The position numbers and the translations under genes are program-made. Below, piece after piece: positions 1 through 9,168 of a stretch of 64,000 nucleotides of DNA. Source of the DNA: an uncultured virus (IMG/VR IMGVR_UViG_3300021256_000108). Taxonomy: Duplodnaviria; Heunggongvirae; Uroviricota; Caudoviricetes. The number at the start of each line of letters is the position of its first letter. The stretch's first letter is position 1. The DNA lies in IMG/VR virus record IMGVR_UViG_3300021256_000108. One strand, given 5' to 3'. Under the pieces are notes generated by a model. The model had not been told where the DNA came from and searched no databases. It was given only the letters and a program-made list of their open reading frames with translations.

Positions 1-61
1 TATAAGCACAAACAAAGACATCTTAAAACGCGCTATAGCTATCATTAAAGACAGATATTAC
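1..61. repeat. Terminal overlap, identical to 63940-64000 (circular assembly or terminal redundancy)
   Basis: 61-nt exact match TATAAGCACAAAC...CAGATATTAC at both window ends. Confidence 0.97.
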
Positions 62-115
62 TTATGTTATGATGTAATAGCTGAATATGCAGAAAAACAA
101 AAAACTACTATATAA

Positions 116-192
116 TGCTATCCAGAGGGGGGCGTGCTATCCAGATGGGGGGGGCGTGCTATCCAGATGGGGGGCGTGCTATCCAGATGGGG
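116..192 (+). repeat. Four tandem copies of TGCTATCCAGA(T)G(n)CG with variable poly-G length
   Basis: Read directly; the last copy runs into a terminator hairpin. Confidence 0.9.
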
Positions 193-214
193 CGGGATTT
201 TCCCGCCCTTTTTT
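190..214 (+). terminator. Rho-independent terminator
   Basis: GGGCGGGA-TTT-TCCCGCCC followed by T6. Confidence 0.85.
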
Positions 215-614
215 GTGTGCTTATATATAATAGAAGGAAACTGTAAAAATCTGTTTTAATGTATTAGGAAATAGCAAATATATTGTGATTGGTGAAGAAA
301 AAACAAGCTAATACATTATAAACAGATATAAACGCCTAAAATCCCTGTTTTTACTGTGTGCGAACTAATACATTTTAGTCTATAATGGAGACAATAAAAC
401 TTGACAATTTCCAATACCTATTTCCTTCGCGTGGGCGGGGAGGGGCGGCAGGGTTGACCGTCATTTGTACCTTGACAAATATGGACGCTATAAAGCTATA
501 GCCCATCATTACAGACAGACAGGAACACACACAGTAAACTTTATTGAAAAGAAATAATCTAGCTCGATTAAAAATGGCGGTGGATGGGCGGACAGCAAAA
601 AGAAAACATCTAAT

Positions 615-685
615 ATTAATCGTTTTAAGTGAGCAGGATTGAAAAGGGGAAAAATAAAAATCCTGCTTATTATAAAATGATTGAT
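615..685 (+). promoter_or_regulatory. Conserved long hairpin element, copy 1 (upstream of RBS)
   Basis: ATTAATCGTTTTA..GAGCAGGATT / AATCCTGCTT..TAAAATGATTGAT; related copies at 1251 and 2651. Confidence 0.65.
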
Positions 686-709
686 TGATGATTTTAAGGG
701 GGTAATAAC

Positions 710-886
710 ATGATGAAAACAGGTTACTTGACTACCATTAATAATGTCGATTTTTTCCTTGAAAAAGCGGCTAATGGTAATTATATCGTTGTTGCTGAAA
801 CGTTCACAGAAAAAAGCCGTTATTCTTTTGGAACCGAAAACGAAGTAAAAGAGTTTTTAAAAGATGTAGCGAAAAACGGATTGTAA
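710..886 (+). CDS. Hypothetical protein, 58 aa (not in the ORF track)
   Basis: AAGGGGGT RBS, then MMKTGYLTTINNVDFFLEK...KNGL*. Confidence 0.7.
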   Translation: MMKTGYLTTINNVDFFLEKAANGNYIVVAETFTEKSRYSFGTENEVKEFLKDVAKNGL

Positions 887-904
887 AAAGGGAGGGCGGG
901 GAAT

Positions 905-1252
905 ATGGCAAAATTAAGTAAAACACAAAACAAATTATTGCAAGATTGTATCAATGATTGTATGTTTTGCAGAAATGTATCTTTGAATGAATATCTTTAT
1001 AAAATTTATAAAAAATGGACTACTAAACAAAATTATAATGATTGGTTAAAATCGAAAGATGTTGGCAAAACAACATACGAAGAATTTTACACAAAAAAAT
1101 ACAACGATACGCAAAAAGGGAAATTTTATTTGATGGGCGTAAATAAAAGAACTATAAGGAAATTAATAGATTTGGGATATATTAGCAAATGTGAAAATCA
1201 TTTTTCAGATGAAATAATTTGGCTAAATCTTGAAAAGTGCGGGATTAAATAA
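905..1252 (+). CDS. Hypothetical early protein
   Basis: 115-aa ORF with G-rich RBS. Confidence 0.75.
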   Translation: MAKLSKTQNKLLQDCINDCMFCRNVSLNEYLYKIYKKWTTKQNYNDWLKSKDVGKTTYEEFYTKKYNDTQKGKFYLMGVNKRTIRKLIDLGYISKCENHFSDEIIWLNLEKCGIK

Positions 1253-1311
1253 TATTGGTTTTAGTGACAGCAGGAAAATAAAAATTTCCTGCTATTTATA
1301 AAATCAATATT
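1251..1311 (+). promoter_or_regulatory. Conserved long hairpin element, copy 2
   Basis: AATATTGGTTTTA..AGCAGGAAA / TTTCCTGCT..TAAAATCAATATT, immediately before the GAAGGGGG RBS. Confidence 0.7.
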
Positions 1312-1326
1312 GAAGGGGGTTTAAAA

Positions 1327-2574
1327 ATGGAGAAAATAAAATTCGCCGATATTCCCGCCTATAGATGGGAACTAATCGAAAAAAAAGCAAAGTCGTTGAA
1401 AAAATACGGCGTTTTTGTTGAACTGAAAAACATCTATGAAAAAGAGGGGCGTGTTAGAAATTACGAAACAAAAGAAAACATCCGATACAATGAAAAGTGC
1501 ATTGAAATTGAATTGACTTTTCCCGAAACCTTAGAAAAAGGAAATTGGTCTTTTCTGGGAGCAAAAACCAGATTAGACGAAAACAACTATTTATTGTTCG
1601 GTGATAACATCCCAGACCGTTACAAAAATAACAACTTTGTTTGTGAGCATTGCGGGAGCAAACGATTTAGAAAATCTGTTGTATTTATTCAGAATACGGA
1701 AAACGGGGAAATAAAACAAATTGGGAAAACGTGCTTAAACAAGTATTTATCTAGCACGTTGAAACAATTTAGCTCTTTATTACTCACGATTAGCGAAATT
1801 TTAGAACAAATTAGCGAAGGGGGGCGCGAATACAGCGGGCATTATATAGACAAATATATAAGCGTAGAAGAATTTTTATACTATGCTTATATAGACATTT
1901 GTGAGCGTGGATACATTAAACCAGAATACGGAAATAATAACGTGCCATCCACAAGGTTTTCTGCTTATGATAATTTTGAAAAAGATACAAAAGACTACAG
2001 AAAAAACGGATTGACAGCAGAACAAAAACAAACAGTAAAAAACTGTATAAACGCTTATAATAATTTTGTCGAACAAAAAGGAAAATCCGATTTTTCGGAT
2101 AACGTGCAAAAATTATTAAACCAGAATTATATAGATAAAAAGTATACAAATATGATTGTATTTGTTCCGACTTTTTATATCAATCAATTAAAATTTGACG
2201 CTGAAAAAAAAGCACGTGAAGAAAAGCGAAAACAGTTTAATTCTACTTTAGCAAATGAATTTTTGGGGGCGGTAAAAGACAAAATTAAAACACAGGTTAC
2301 TTTGATTAATTGCAAAGTGCAGGAATATTGTTTTGACGGTTATAATTCAGTTTTAAATTATAGCTATACTTTTATAGATGATAAAGGGCATTTAATAAAG
2401 TGGAGAACACAAAAAAGCATTTTAATTGACATTGTAAAAGATTATAAACAAGACTTAGAAACATACATCAAAACTAAACCGCGTTTTACCATTGCGGGAA
2501 CTGTAAAAGAATGTAATGAGTTTAAAGATAGGTTTTATACTATTCTTACTAGATGTAAACTAGAAGTATTATAA
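1327..2574 (+). CDS. Phage protein with Zn-ribbon (CEHC...KQIGKTC) and probable C-terminal OB-fold
   Basis: 415-aa ORF; CxxC motif; C-terminus YTFIDDKGHLIKW...IAGTVKE...TILTRCK resembles an OB fold. Confidence 0.7.
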   Translation: MEKIKFADIPAYRWELIEKKAKSLKKYGVFVELKNIYEKEGRVRNYETKENIRYNEKCIEIELTFPETLEKGNWSFLGAKTRLDENNYLLFGDNIPDRYKNNNFVCEHCGSKRFRKSVVFIQNTENGEIKQIGKTCLNKYLSSTLKQFSSLLLTISEILEQISEGGREYSGHYIDKYISVEEFLYYAYIDICERGYIKPEYGNNNVPSTRFSAYDNFEKDTKDYRKNGLTAEQKQTVKNCINAYNNFVEQKGKSDFSDNVQKLLNQNYIDKKYTNMIVFVPTFYINQLKFDAEKKAREEKRKQFNSTLANEFLGAVKDKIKTQVTLINCKVQEYCFDGYNSVLNYSYTFIDDKGHLIKWRTQKSILIDIVKDYKQDLETYIKTKPRFTIAGTVKECNEFKDRFYTILTRCKLEVL

Positions 2575-2650
2575 GGGGCGGGGAAAATGAAGAAAAGATA
2601 TAGAAACATTATACGCGCTATGCGATTTTACGGGAAATATACTACTATTT

Positions 2651-2709
2651 AATGTTAGTTTTAGCGGTGACAGGATTTTATAAATTCTGTCACTTGTAAA
2701 ATTAATATT
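2651..2709 (+). promoter_or_regulatory. Conserved long hairpin element, copy 3
   Basis: AATGTTAGTTTTA..GTGACAGGATTT / AAATTCTGTCAC..TAAAATTAATATT, followed by AAAGGGGGG. Confidence 0.7.
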
Positions 2710-2731
2710 AAAAAGGGGGGAAAATGATTAT

Positions 2732-2747
2732 TGTTTCACGTGCAACG
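2732..2747. promoter_or_regulatory. parS-like site (1 mismatch)
   Basis: TGTTTCACGTGCAACG versus the reverse complement of consensus TGTTNCACGTGAAACA. Confidence 0.7.
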
Positions 2748-2769
2748 TTGTTGAATAGGGGGCGGGAAA

Positions 2770-3069
2770 ATGAAAAAAATAATAATAGTACTTGCAATAA
2801 TAGCAAGTATAGCGTGGGCGTATAACTTATATATCAATCGTCAAATTGATTATTATAGTTATAATCTAATACAATTTAGCGACGGAATAAGGTACGACGA
2901 AAAAACAAACACAGTTTACACAAGCGGTAAAATAGGGCGGTGGATAATGCGAATAATGGAACAAAAAGCACAAAAAGCGGGAACAAAAGAGTATTATTTA
3001 GAAAAAGGGGAAAAAGGGGACAAATTTTATAAATGTATTCTTGTTAAAAAAGTAGTGTATTGTGATTAA
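2770..3069 (+). CDS. Hypothetical protein with N-terminal hydrophobic segment
   Basis: MKKIIIVLAIIASIAWA resembles a signal or anchor. Confidence 0.7.
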   Translation: MKKIIIVLAIIASIAWAYNLYINRQIDYYSYNLIQFSDGIRYDEKTNTVYTSGKIGRWIMRIMEQKAQKAGTKEYYLEKGEKGDKFYKCILVKKVVYCD

Positions 3070-3274
3070 GAAGGGGGCTGTAAATATGTATGTATTGGAA
3101 TTAGACAAAACAAAAATGTTTTTGCATTTCTGCGAAACACTAGAACAAGCAAAAGGAATATTTAATTATGAGTGCCACGAAAATATTAGCGAACCTTTTT
3201 ACAAGGTTATACGCTTATATAAAGTAGAGGGGGCGAAAATAACGGAACTAAACAAAGTTGTTTTTCAATATTGA
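3062..3274 (+). CDS. Hypothetical protein
   Basis: Short ORF in a tight co-directional cluster; start probably at the MYVLE methionine. Confidence 0.55.
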   Translation: MIKKGAVNMYVLELDKTKMFLHFCETLEQAKGIFNYECHENISEPFYKVIRLYKVEGAKITELNKVVFQY

Positions 3275-3338
3275 ATATCTGACTGTATATTTTAACAAGT
3301 GCAATAGATTTTTCTGGAATATATAAGGGGGGCTTAAT

Positions 3339-3560
3339 ATGTTACATTCTGCATACGTAAACGGCGTATCATACGCGGCAGGAAAAAAATACATTTATAA
3401 AACTAGATTAAGCGGGAAAACAGAAAAATACATTATGTTGTTGGATGATATAAAGCGCGTAAAACGGATTGAAAAAAATACGTATAATGAAATAGCATTA
3501 TTTGAAGAACTAGAAGAAATTTGGAAAGCATACGATTTTTTAAACGGTAAAAGTGTATAA
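3339..3560 (+). CDS. Hypothetical protein
   Basis: AAGGGGGG RBS, 73 aa. Confidence 0.65.
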   Translation: MLHSAYVNGVSYAAGKKYIYKTRLSGKTEKYIMLLDDIKRVKRIEKNTYNEIALFEELEEIWKAYDFLNGKSV

Positions 3561-3574
3561 AAGGGGGTTTTAAC

Positions 3575-4003
3575 ATGGAAAAAGCTATTTTAATTAATGA
3601 CAAAAACAAAGAGAAAATCGAAAAAGCCTTACAGGAAGGACAAAAAAGAGCACGCGAGCGAAAAATAAACAACTATGATGAATTAGTGGAAATTGTCGAA
3701 AAGTATATAGATTATTTGCCGCCAATTCCCAAAAAACATTGGTTTCAATGTGAATTAATTGTAAAAATTGGGGCGGCAAAATTTCCTAATAAGTATAACG
3801 GTATACCATACGGAACTAGGATAGTTATTACTTTTAACAAAAAAGGCGAATATATGTTAAAGGATATTAGTAGAGAAAATGTAAACAAGGTAAAAGAATA
3901 TTATTTCAATATGACAGATACAGCAAAAAAATCTATATTAAACGCGCTAAATATAGTCGATAGTAAATTAGTTATTAACGGTGAAAATACTTATTATGTT
4001 TAA
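3575..4003 (+). CDS. Hypothetical phage protein
   Basis: AAGGGGG RBS, 142 aa. Confidence 0.75.
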   Translation: MEKAILINDKNKEKIEKALQEGQKRARERKINNYDELVEIVEKYIDYLPPIPKKHWFQCELIVKIGAAKFPNKYNGIPYGTRIVITFNKKGEYMLKDISRENVNKVKEYYFNMTDTAKKSILNALNIVDSKLVINGENTYYV

Positions 4004-4038
4004 TTATGCTTAAAAAGTTGAATGATAGTTGATTAAGT

Positions 4039-4085
4039 TGTTTCACGTGCAACAAAATAAAAAATCACGTGTTGCACGTGAAACA
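4039..4085. promoter_or_regulatory. Inverted pair of perfect parS sites
   Basis: TGTTTCACGTGCAACA (4039-4054) and TGTTGCACGTGAAACA (4070-4085); both match TGTTNCACGTGAAACA. Confidence 0.85.
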
Positions 4086-4112
4086 TTGTTAAATGATAGG
4101 GAGGTTGTAAAA

Positions 4113-4478
4113 ATGGGTAAACAGCATACAACGAAAAAGGAAATTTATGCAAGGTTTGGAAAAGAAAACGTATTTTGTATAAACACAGGTAACGGGGAGA
4201 TATTATTATTTGAACCAGATTATTATACTACACGTATAGAAGGATTTGCGGCAAATGTTTGGATTTTAGGCGATATTGTTATCACAGAGGGTTATGCACC
4301 TTTTGGAAATACTAAATTAGATTATGACAAAGTAAACAAGATATGGAAAAAAGCGTATAAAGTATATAAATCTAGTTGCCAATGGTCATATAATCGTAAA
4401 GTCGCACAAATAAGAAAATATAGACGGGAATTGTATAATTTAGCAAAAGAAACACAGCAGGGAGGGCGGGAAAAATGA
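4113..4478 (+). CDS. Hypothetical phage protein
   Basis: GGGAGG RBS before the ATG at 4113 (MGKQHTTKK), preferred over the track start at 4029. Confidence 0.75.
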   Translation: MGKQHTTKKEIYARFGKENVFCINTGNGEILLFEPDYYTTRIEGFAANVWILGDIVITEGYAPFGNTKLDYDKVNKIWKKAYKVYKSSCQWSYNRKVAQIRKYRRELYNLAKETQQGGREK

Positions 4479-4804
4479 AATTAATGATTATTAACACTAA
4501 AATTAATAATGCAAGTCGTTATTATCGGCTGTATAAAGTTGATGGCGAAAAAATAACGGAAATAGGCTTTTCTGGATTAGGTACGGATTATGAAGAAATT
4601 AAAGAAAACAAAAAGGATTATAAAAATGGTAGTTTCGTTTATGTTTCTAAATTTTATCGCGTTGATGGTATACCGCGGGATATAGTTTATTATTTGCGGC
4701 ATAGATTTTCCGAATTGATAATGATTGACTATAATTATAACGGCGTGCAAGTCTATGATGTAAAAACGGTTTTAAAGAGTCTTATTGATAATTTCAGCGA
4801 ATAA
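4475..4804 (+). CDS. Hypothetical protein
   Basis: ATGA overlap with the upstream stop; RBS present. Confidence 0.7.
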   Translation: MKLMIINTKINNASRYYRLYKVDGEKITEIGFSGLGTDYEEIKENKKDYKNGSFVYVSKFYRVDGIPRDIVYYLRHRFSELIMIDYNYNGVQVYDVKTVLKSLIDNFSE

Positions 4805-4819
4805 AGGGAGGTTTTACAC

Positions 4820-5077
4820 ATGAAAAACTATTTTTTCCGAATTGTTTATAGCGGTGTAAACATAAACGGGCATTGCAAGTATAAAATTTACGGCTATAAA
4901 AAAATAGATTGGACGGAAAACGAATACAATTATATAAGTGCACAAGACATGGAAAAAATCCGTCTGGGAAGAATATACAAAGAAAAACATTATATTTTGA
5001 CGATATACGAAAAAGTACATATTTTGGAAAAATTGACAGCGGCTTTTAATAATGATTATAACTATATTTTTGAATAA
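4820..5077 (+). CDS. Hypothetical protein
   Basis: GGGAGG RBS. Confidence 0.7.
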   Translation: MKNYFFRIVYSGVNINGHCKYKIYGYKKIDWTENEYNYISAQDMEKIRLGRIYKEKHYILTIYEKVHILEKLTAAFNNDYNYIFE

Positions 5078-5091
5078 AAGGAGGCGGCTGT

Positions 5092-5301
5092 ATGAAAAGG
5101 AAAATATTTGTAAATGTCTGGGAACGTATAGACAAGCCAGAAAAAAACAAAATAGATATATATAAAAAGCACAAGCGCGTATTAAGAGAAATAAACGGCG
5201 AGTATTTTGTGTTATTGCATAATATGCGTGCTTATGTCGGATTTTATGATGATGGTAAAAATGTGTATATAAAGTGTTATGAGTATATTATAAAAAAGTA
5301 A
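5092..5301 (+). CDS. Hypothetical protein
   Basis: AAGGAGG RBS. Confidence 0.7.
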   Translation: MKRKIFVNVWERIDKPEKNKIDIYKKHKRVLREINGEYFVLLHNMRAYVGFYDDGKNVYIKCYEYIIKK

Positions 5302-5313
5302 AGGGAGGTTTTT

Positions 5314-5586
5314 GTGATGGTTGCTATTGATAAATTAGTAAAGATGTATAAAGACGGGAAAAAAGAAGGAAAGCAAGGCAATCACTCTTTTGAATTTGAG
5401 GAGGGTTGGAACTGTTGGCAAGTAAAATTCTATTACCATAATACGCCGATTTGTATTTTGACATTAACGGGAAAACAGAACAAAATTTATGACGTATGTT
5501 TTAATTTTGGCGGCTTTTTTACAACTAGCACAATAAAAGCAATAAATTGCTATCGTTACCACTTCGCTAAATATCAAAAAAAATAA
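5314..5586 (+). CDS. Hypothetical protein
   Basis: GGGAGG RBS. Confidence 0.7.
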   Translation: MMVAIDKLVKMYKDGKKEGKQGNHSFEFEEGWNCWQVKFYYHNTPICILTLTGKQNKIYDVCFNFGGFFTTSTIKAINCYRYHFAKYQKK

Positions 5587-5625
5587 ATATATGCTTGTTT
5601 CACGTAAAGAAGGAGGTTGTAATAT

Positions 5626-5832
5626 ATGCAGGTTATAAAAATTACAGATTATAATTACATTGAATTGTTAGAAGTCGATTATAAGACGGAAAACGTTGTT
5701 TTTAGATGGATAGATAAAGGAAAGCGGGGGCGAAAATATAAAGCGCGTATAAGATACACTCATAGCGGGGAAAATGGTAAACCGTATTTTAATACTTATA
5801 ATCTGTCAATTAGTTTAGAAGGGAGAATATAA
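5626..5832 (+). CDS. Hypothetical protein
   Basis: AAGGAGG RBS. Confidence 0.7.
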   Translation: MQVIKITDYNYIELLEVDYKTENVVFRWIDKGKRGRKYKARIRYTHSGENGKPYFNTYNLSISLEGRI

Positions 5833-5833
5833 A

Positions 5834-6148
5834 ATGATTAATTTGAATAAGCGCGAAATATTGTTACCGAATAATATTATTATAAAGCGCAAATTGTATA
5901 GCAGGTATATTGCGAATAATAGCCCTTCATGGGTAAAAATTAAGGGCATAGACTTTTATGTTGAATATGATGAAAAACATAATATAATTCCCGTTTTTTG
6001 TAACTATGCAGAATTTAGCGCAAAATATCCAGATTATATATTAGAAGGGGAAAAGGAAAACACGATTTTACACGTTGACAAGTGGTATTTTGATAGATTA
6101 CATGATAGTATTGTAAAATCCAATTTTTGGGAACTGGTGAAGAATTGA
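5834..6148 (+). CDS. Hypothetical protein
   Basis: Adjacent co-directional ORF with GGGAG RBS. Confidence 0.7.
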   Translation: MINLNKREILLPNNIIIKRKLYSRYIANNSPSWVKIKGIDFYVEYDEKHNIIPVFCNYAEFSAKYPDYILEGEKENTILHVDKWYFDRLHDSIVKSNFWELVKN

Positions 6149-6162
6149 AGGAGGTTTTCAAA

Positions 6163-6732
6163 ATGAGAAAAGTTGTTTTAACAAAAAACGTATATGATTA
6201 TGATGAATTAAGCGAAAACGCCAAAAAGAATGTAAGGCAATGGATGGCAGAAACAAGCCAATATTATTATGATGAATTGATTGATAGTATTAAAGAAATA
6301 TGCAAACATACGGGATTGAAAACAAGGGATAAATGGGATAATGTATATAATACAGTTGATAATTTAACGGGCATAAGGGCATATAAATATATATATAATA
6401 ATTTCATTTATCCAAACAGAAAACCAAAAGTGCTAAAATATAGCGATAAAAAAGGGCGGCTTATATATAGTAAATTACAAGTGGAATATGGATGTAATTT
6501 TACGGGCATATGTTATGATTATATTTTGTGGAACGCATGGCAGGATTTTAAACAATATTTACGGACGGATAAAAACATTGATATTGATGATTTTTGCTAC
6601 ATTTTAGGCGGCAAAATTAAACAAGAATTTGATGGAATCGAAGAATATATTTATAGCGACGAATACGCGCAAGAAACAAGCGAAGCTAACGATTATGAAT
6701 ATGATGAAAACGGGCATATTTTTAAAGAATAA
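6163..6732 (+). CDS. Phage hypothetical protein (YDELSENAK...EANDYEYDENG type)
   Basis: AAGGAGG RBS before MRKVVLTK; acidic C-terminal motif. Confidence 0.75.
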   Translation: MRKVVLTKNVYDYDELSENAKKNVRQWMAETSQYYYDELIDSIKEICKHTGLKTRDKWDNVYNTVDNLTGIRAYKYIYNNFIYPNRKPKVLKYSDKKGRLIYSKLQVEYGCNFTGICYDYILWNAWQDFKQYLRTDKNIDIDDFCYILGGKIKQEFDGIEEYIYSDEYAQETSEANDYEYDENGHIFKE

Positions 6733-7016
6733 TGAGGGAGGTTTTTGATATGTTATACATGATAAATGAATTAGATGTTTGGCGGGATATAGAAGGATAC
6801 ACGATAAATGATGTAATTAGAGACGTTGCAAGGGTTGACATTAATAATCCGTATAACACGCGCGAAGTATTAAAAAAGGTACGACAATTTTACACGTTAA
6901 AAAATGGGAAATACACGACAAATATTAAGGATTTTTGTAGCAATGAAATGTTTGAAATTATAGACAGGAAAACAGGTAAATATGTATTGCAACTTGAATT
7001 AGTAAGGGAGGAGTAA
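6732..7016 (+). CDS. Hypothetical protein
   Basis: ORF in the early cluster; GGGAGG RBS precedes the internal Met (MLYMI). Confidence 0.65.
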   Translation: MREVFDMLYMINELDVWRDIEGYTINDVIRDVARVDINNPYNTREVLKKVRQFYTLKNGKYTTNIKDFCSNEMFEIIDRKTGKYVLQLELVREE

Positions 7017-7019
7017 AAA

Positions 7020-7262
7020 ATGGATAAATATTATTATGGTGCATATCAAAAAGGAAATAAATATATTATTATTACAGCGGCACATAAGACACATAAGGAA
7101 GCATGGCAAGCATTTAAACAAAAAGACGAACAAATTAGGAAAAAATATCGTGCATGGCATATGGATAATTTATACGGATGTTGGTATGGAGTTTTAGCAA
7201 TGACAAATTATATCGAAGTAAACGATTATCCTTTTGGCATGGTTGAATTAATGGGATTTTAA
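7020..7262 (+). CDS. Hypothetical protein
   Basis: GGAGGAG RBS. Confidence 0.7.
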   Translation: MDKYYYGAYQKGNKYIIITAAHKTHKEAWQAFKQKDEQIRKKYRAWHMDNLYGCWYGVLAMTNYIEVNDYPFGMVELMGF

Positions 7263-7276
7263 AGGAGGTTTAAAAA

Positions 7277-7528
7277 ATGGATAAATACAGGGATAAGTGG
7301 TATATAAAATCATTTGATTTTAATAGTTTAGTATGGGTTTGTTGTCGGTCATATAACGGATATTTAGCAGAAAAAATCTTTACTAATTCAGACGTTATCA
7401 CAGGTACCACAGAAAATGTTATAGCGATACGCAACGAAAAGGGAGATTATACGATAACGCAAATATACGACAATGACAAAATATATTTTATTGACAGCGA
7501 TAATAATAAGATTTTAAGGGGGGAGTAA
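7277..7528 (+). CDS. Hypothetical protein
   Basis: AAGGAGG RBS. Confidence 0.7.
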   Translation: MDKYRDKWYIKSFDFNSLVWVCCRSYNGYLAEKIFTNSDVITGTTENVIAIRNEKGDYTITQIYDNDKIYFIDSDNNKILRGE

Positions 7529-7529
7529 T

Positions 7530-7874
7530 ATGAGAATGTATCTAAATATTATTCGGGGTCATTTAGAGGTAAGACCGTATAAAACCAAAAAACTTGTATA
7601 CGCTTTTAATTCTAGCAATATTTTATCATGGATAAACAGCGGCAGGAAAAAAGAATATTACCGCGAATCATACTGTATAAACGATATATATGATTATTTA
7701 TGTGATATTGGGTTATTATATACAAATGCTTTCGGAATTGACCGCCTAACAATTAAAGGACTTAATTTGTATTGGTGGAGAAAATGCAGGAAAAAGCCAG
7801 ATTTTACATACACACAAGAACAATATGAAAAGCTAGTAGAAAATATGGATAAATGGTATTGGGAAAATGAATAA
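7530..7874 (+). CDS. Hypothetical protein
   Basis: GGGGGAG RBS. Confidence 0.7.
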   Translation: MRMYLNIIRGHLEVRPYKTKKLVYAFNSSNILSWINSGRKKEYYRESYCINDIYDYLCDIGLLYTNAFGIDRLTIKGLNLYWWRKCRKKPDFTYTQEQYEKLVENMDKWYWENE

Positions 7875-7900
7875 ATTTTGTTGGGAGGGGTAAAAAGAAT

Positions 7901-8614
7901 ATGAGTATTTTTGATAGGATTTTTAGAAGTGCGAAAAGCAATACACAAGACAGCATAACTACAGCGCAAAAGGAAGGCACACTATATTATTTAAGAGTGC
8001 GGAATGTGTACACTAATTTTGATGAAACATTATGTTTTTCAAGTGATGTAATGAGACGTAAATATATTAATACAGCTAAACAGTCAACACCTTTTCCAAA
8101 TGATTTCTATTTTGACACATGGGAGGAGACAGCAGAAACACGTTTACAAAACGCGCTAAATAAACAGCGTCAAGAACTAACAGCGCAATTTGAAAAGGAA
8201 TTGCAGAATTTAAAATACAAATTGCATACACTACAAACAGACAAAGACAGCTTGCAAAAGTCAGCGCGTTATAAAAGGGATTTTCTGGAGACGGCTATAA
8301 AACTGGATGATACTAAAAAGGACTTACAAAAGGTTACATCACAATATGAGTATCTTGCAATGCAATACAATACGCTAATAGATTTAATTAAGAGTACAAA
8401 AGACAAGAAGGAAAATAAGGGAAAAGCATTACAGGAAAAAGGGCGGCTATTGCTTATAGACATTACTACAATTCTAACAACAGTCAATCTGCCAGAACTA
8501 GACCAATTCACACAAGAATATAAGCAGGAATTGAAGGGATTGAAAGACAGCGATTTAGTATTACAAGGTAAATTAGTCATTGCGCTTGTGTCCAGATTTG
8601 TAAATAGCATATGA
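7901..8614 (+). CDS. Coiled-coil hypothetical protein, last gene of the early operon
   Basis: 237 aa with a heptad-rich centre; followed by a terminator. Confidence 0.75.
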   Translation: MSIFDRIFRSAKSNTQDSITTAQKEGTLYYLRVRNVYTNFDETLCFSSDVMRRKYINTAKQSTPFPNDFYFDTWEETAETRLQNALNKQRQELTAQFEKELQNLKYKLHTLQTDKDSLQKSARYKRDFLETAIKLDDTKKDLQKVTSQYEYLAMQYNTLIDLIKSTKDKKENKGKALQEKGRLLLIDITTILTTVNLPELDQFTQEYKQELKGLKDSDLVLQGKLVIALVSRFVNSI

Positions 8615-8620
8615 GCCAGA

Positions 8621-8649
8621 TAGGGCGGGAATTATCCCGCCTATTTTTT
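8621..8649 (+). terminator. Rho-independent terminator, same family as 190-214
   Basis: GGCGGGA-ATTA-TCCCGCC then TATTTTTT; preceded by CCAGAT as at 183. Confidence 0.85.
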
Positions 8650-8721
8650 ATGCTTGCATGTTGTAGTATGATTTTATTACAATATATACAATAATAAAAT
8701 GTTTTATTAGGAGGGCATATT

Positions 8722-9168
8722 ATGGAACAAAAAGCAATAAAATGGGCGCAGGAAGGTAAGGAACGTTTAGCAAAAATAACGCCAGAACAAAAAGCCGTCT
8801 ATGGTAGTATGGGCGGACAAATAGCACAAAAGAGAAGGAAAACAAGACAAGTTGCAAAAGATGTATTGTTGGATTTGTTAGCGTCAAAGAGTACAGATAA
8901 AAGTATTAGTGAGATTTGTGAAGAGAAGGGAATAGAAGGTACGGAACTTGCAACGTTACTGTATAACATGACAAAAAAAGCTAGTAAAAGCGCACAAATG
9001 GCAGAATTAGTTTTCAGATTGACAGGTGATTTAGAACAAACACCACAGCAAAATATTACTATTGTTAATCAATTAACAGATGAACAATTATCAAAACAGA
9101 TACAAGAATTAAGGGGGCGGGATAATGTCATTGACATAACGCCCAAACCACCAGAAATTGAAGGATAA
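8722..9168 (+). CDS. Putative terminase small subunit
   Basis: GSMGGQIAQKRRKTR motif and C-terminal QLTDEQL; upstream of TerL. Confidence 0.5.
   Translation: MEQKAIKWAQEGKERLAKITPEQKAVYGSMGGQIAQKRRKTRQVAKDVLLDLLASKSTDKSISEICEEKGIEGTELATLLYNMTKKASKSAQMAELVFRLTGDLEQTPQQNITIVNQLTDEQLSKQIQELRGRDNVIDITPKPPEIEG

Noticed and set aside
615..2712. Integron attC sites
   Set aside because: No RYYYAAC/GTTRRRY ends and no integrase; the G-U pattern points to RNA structure
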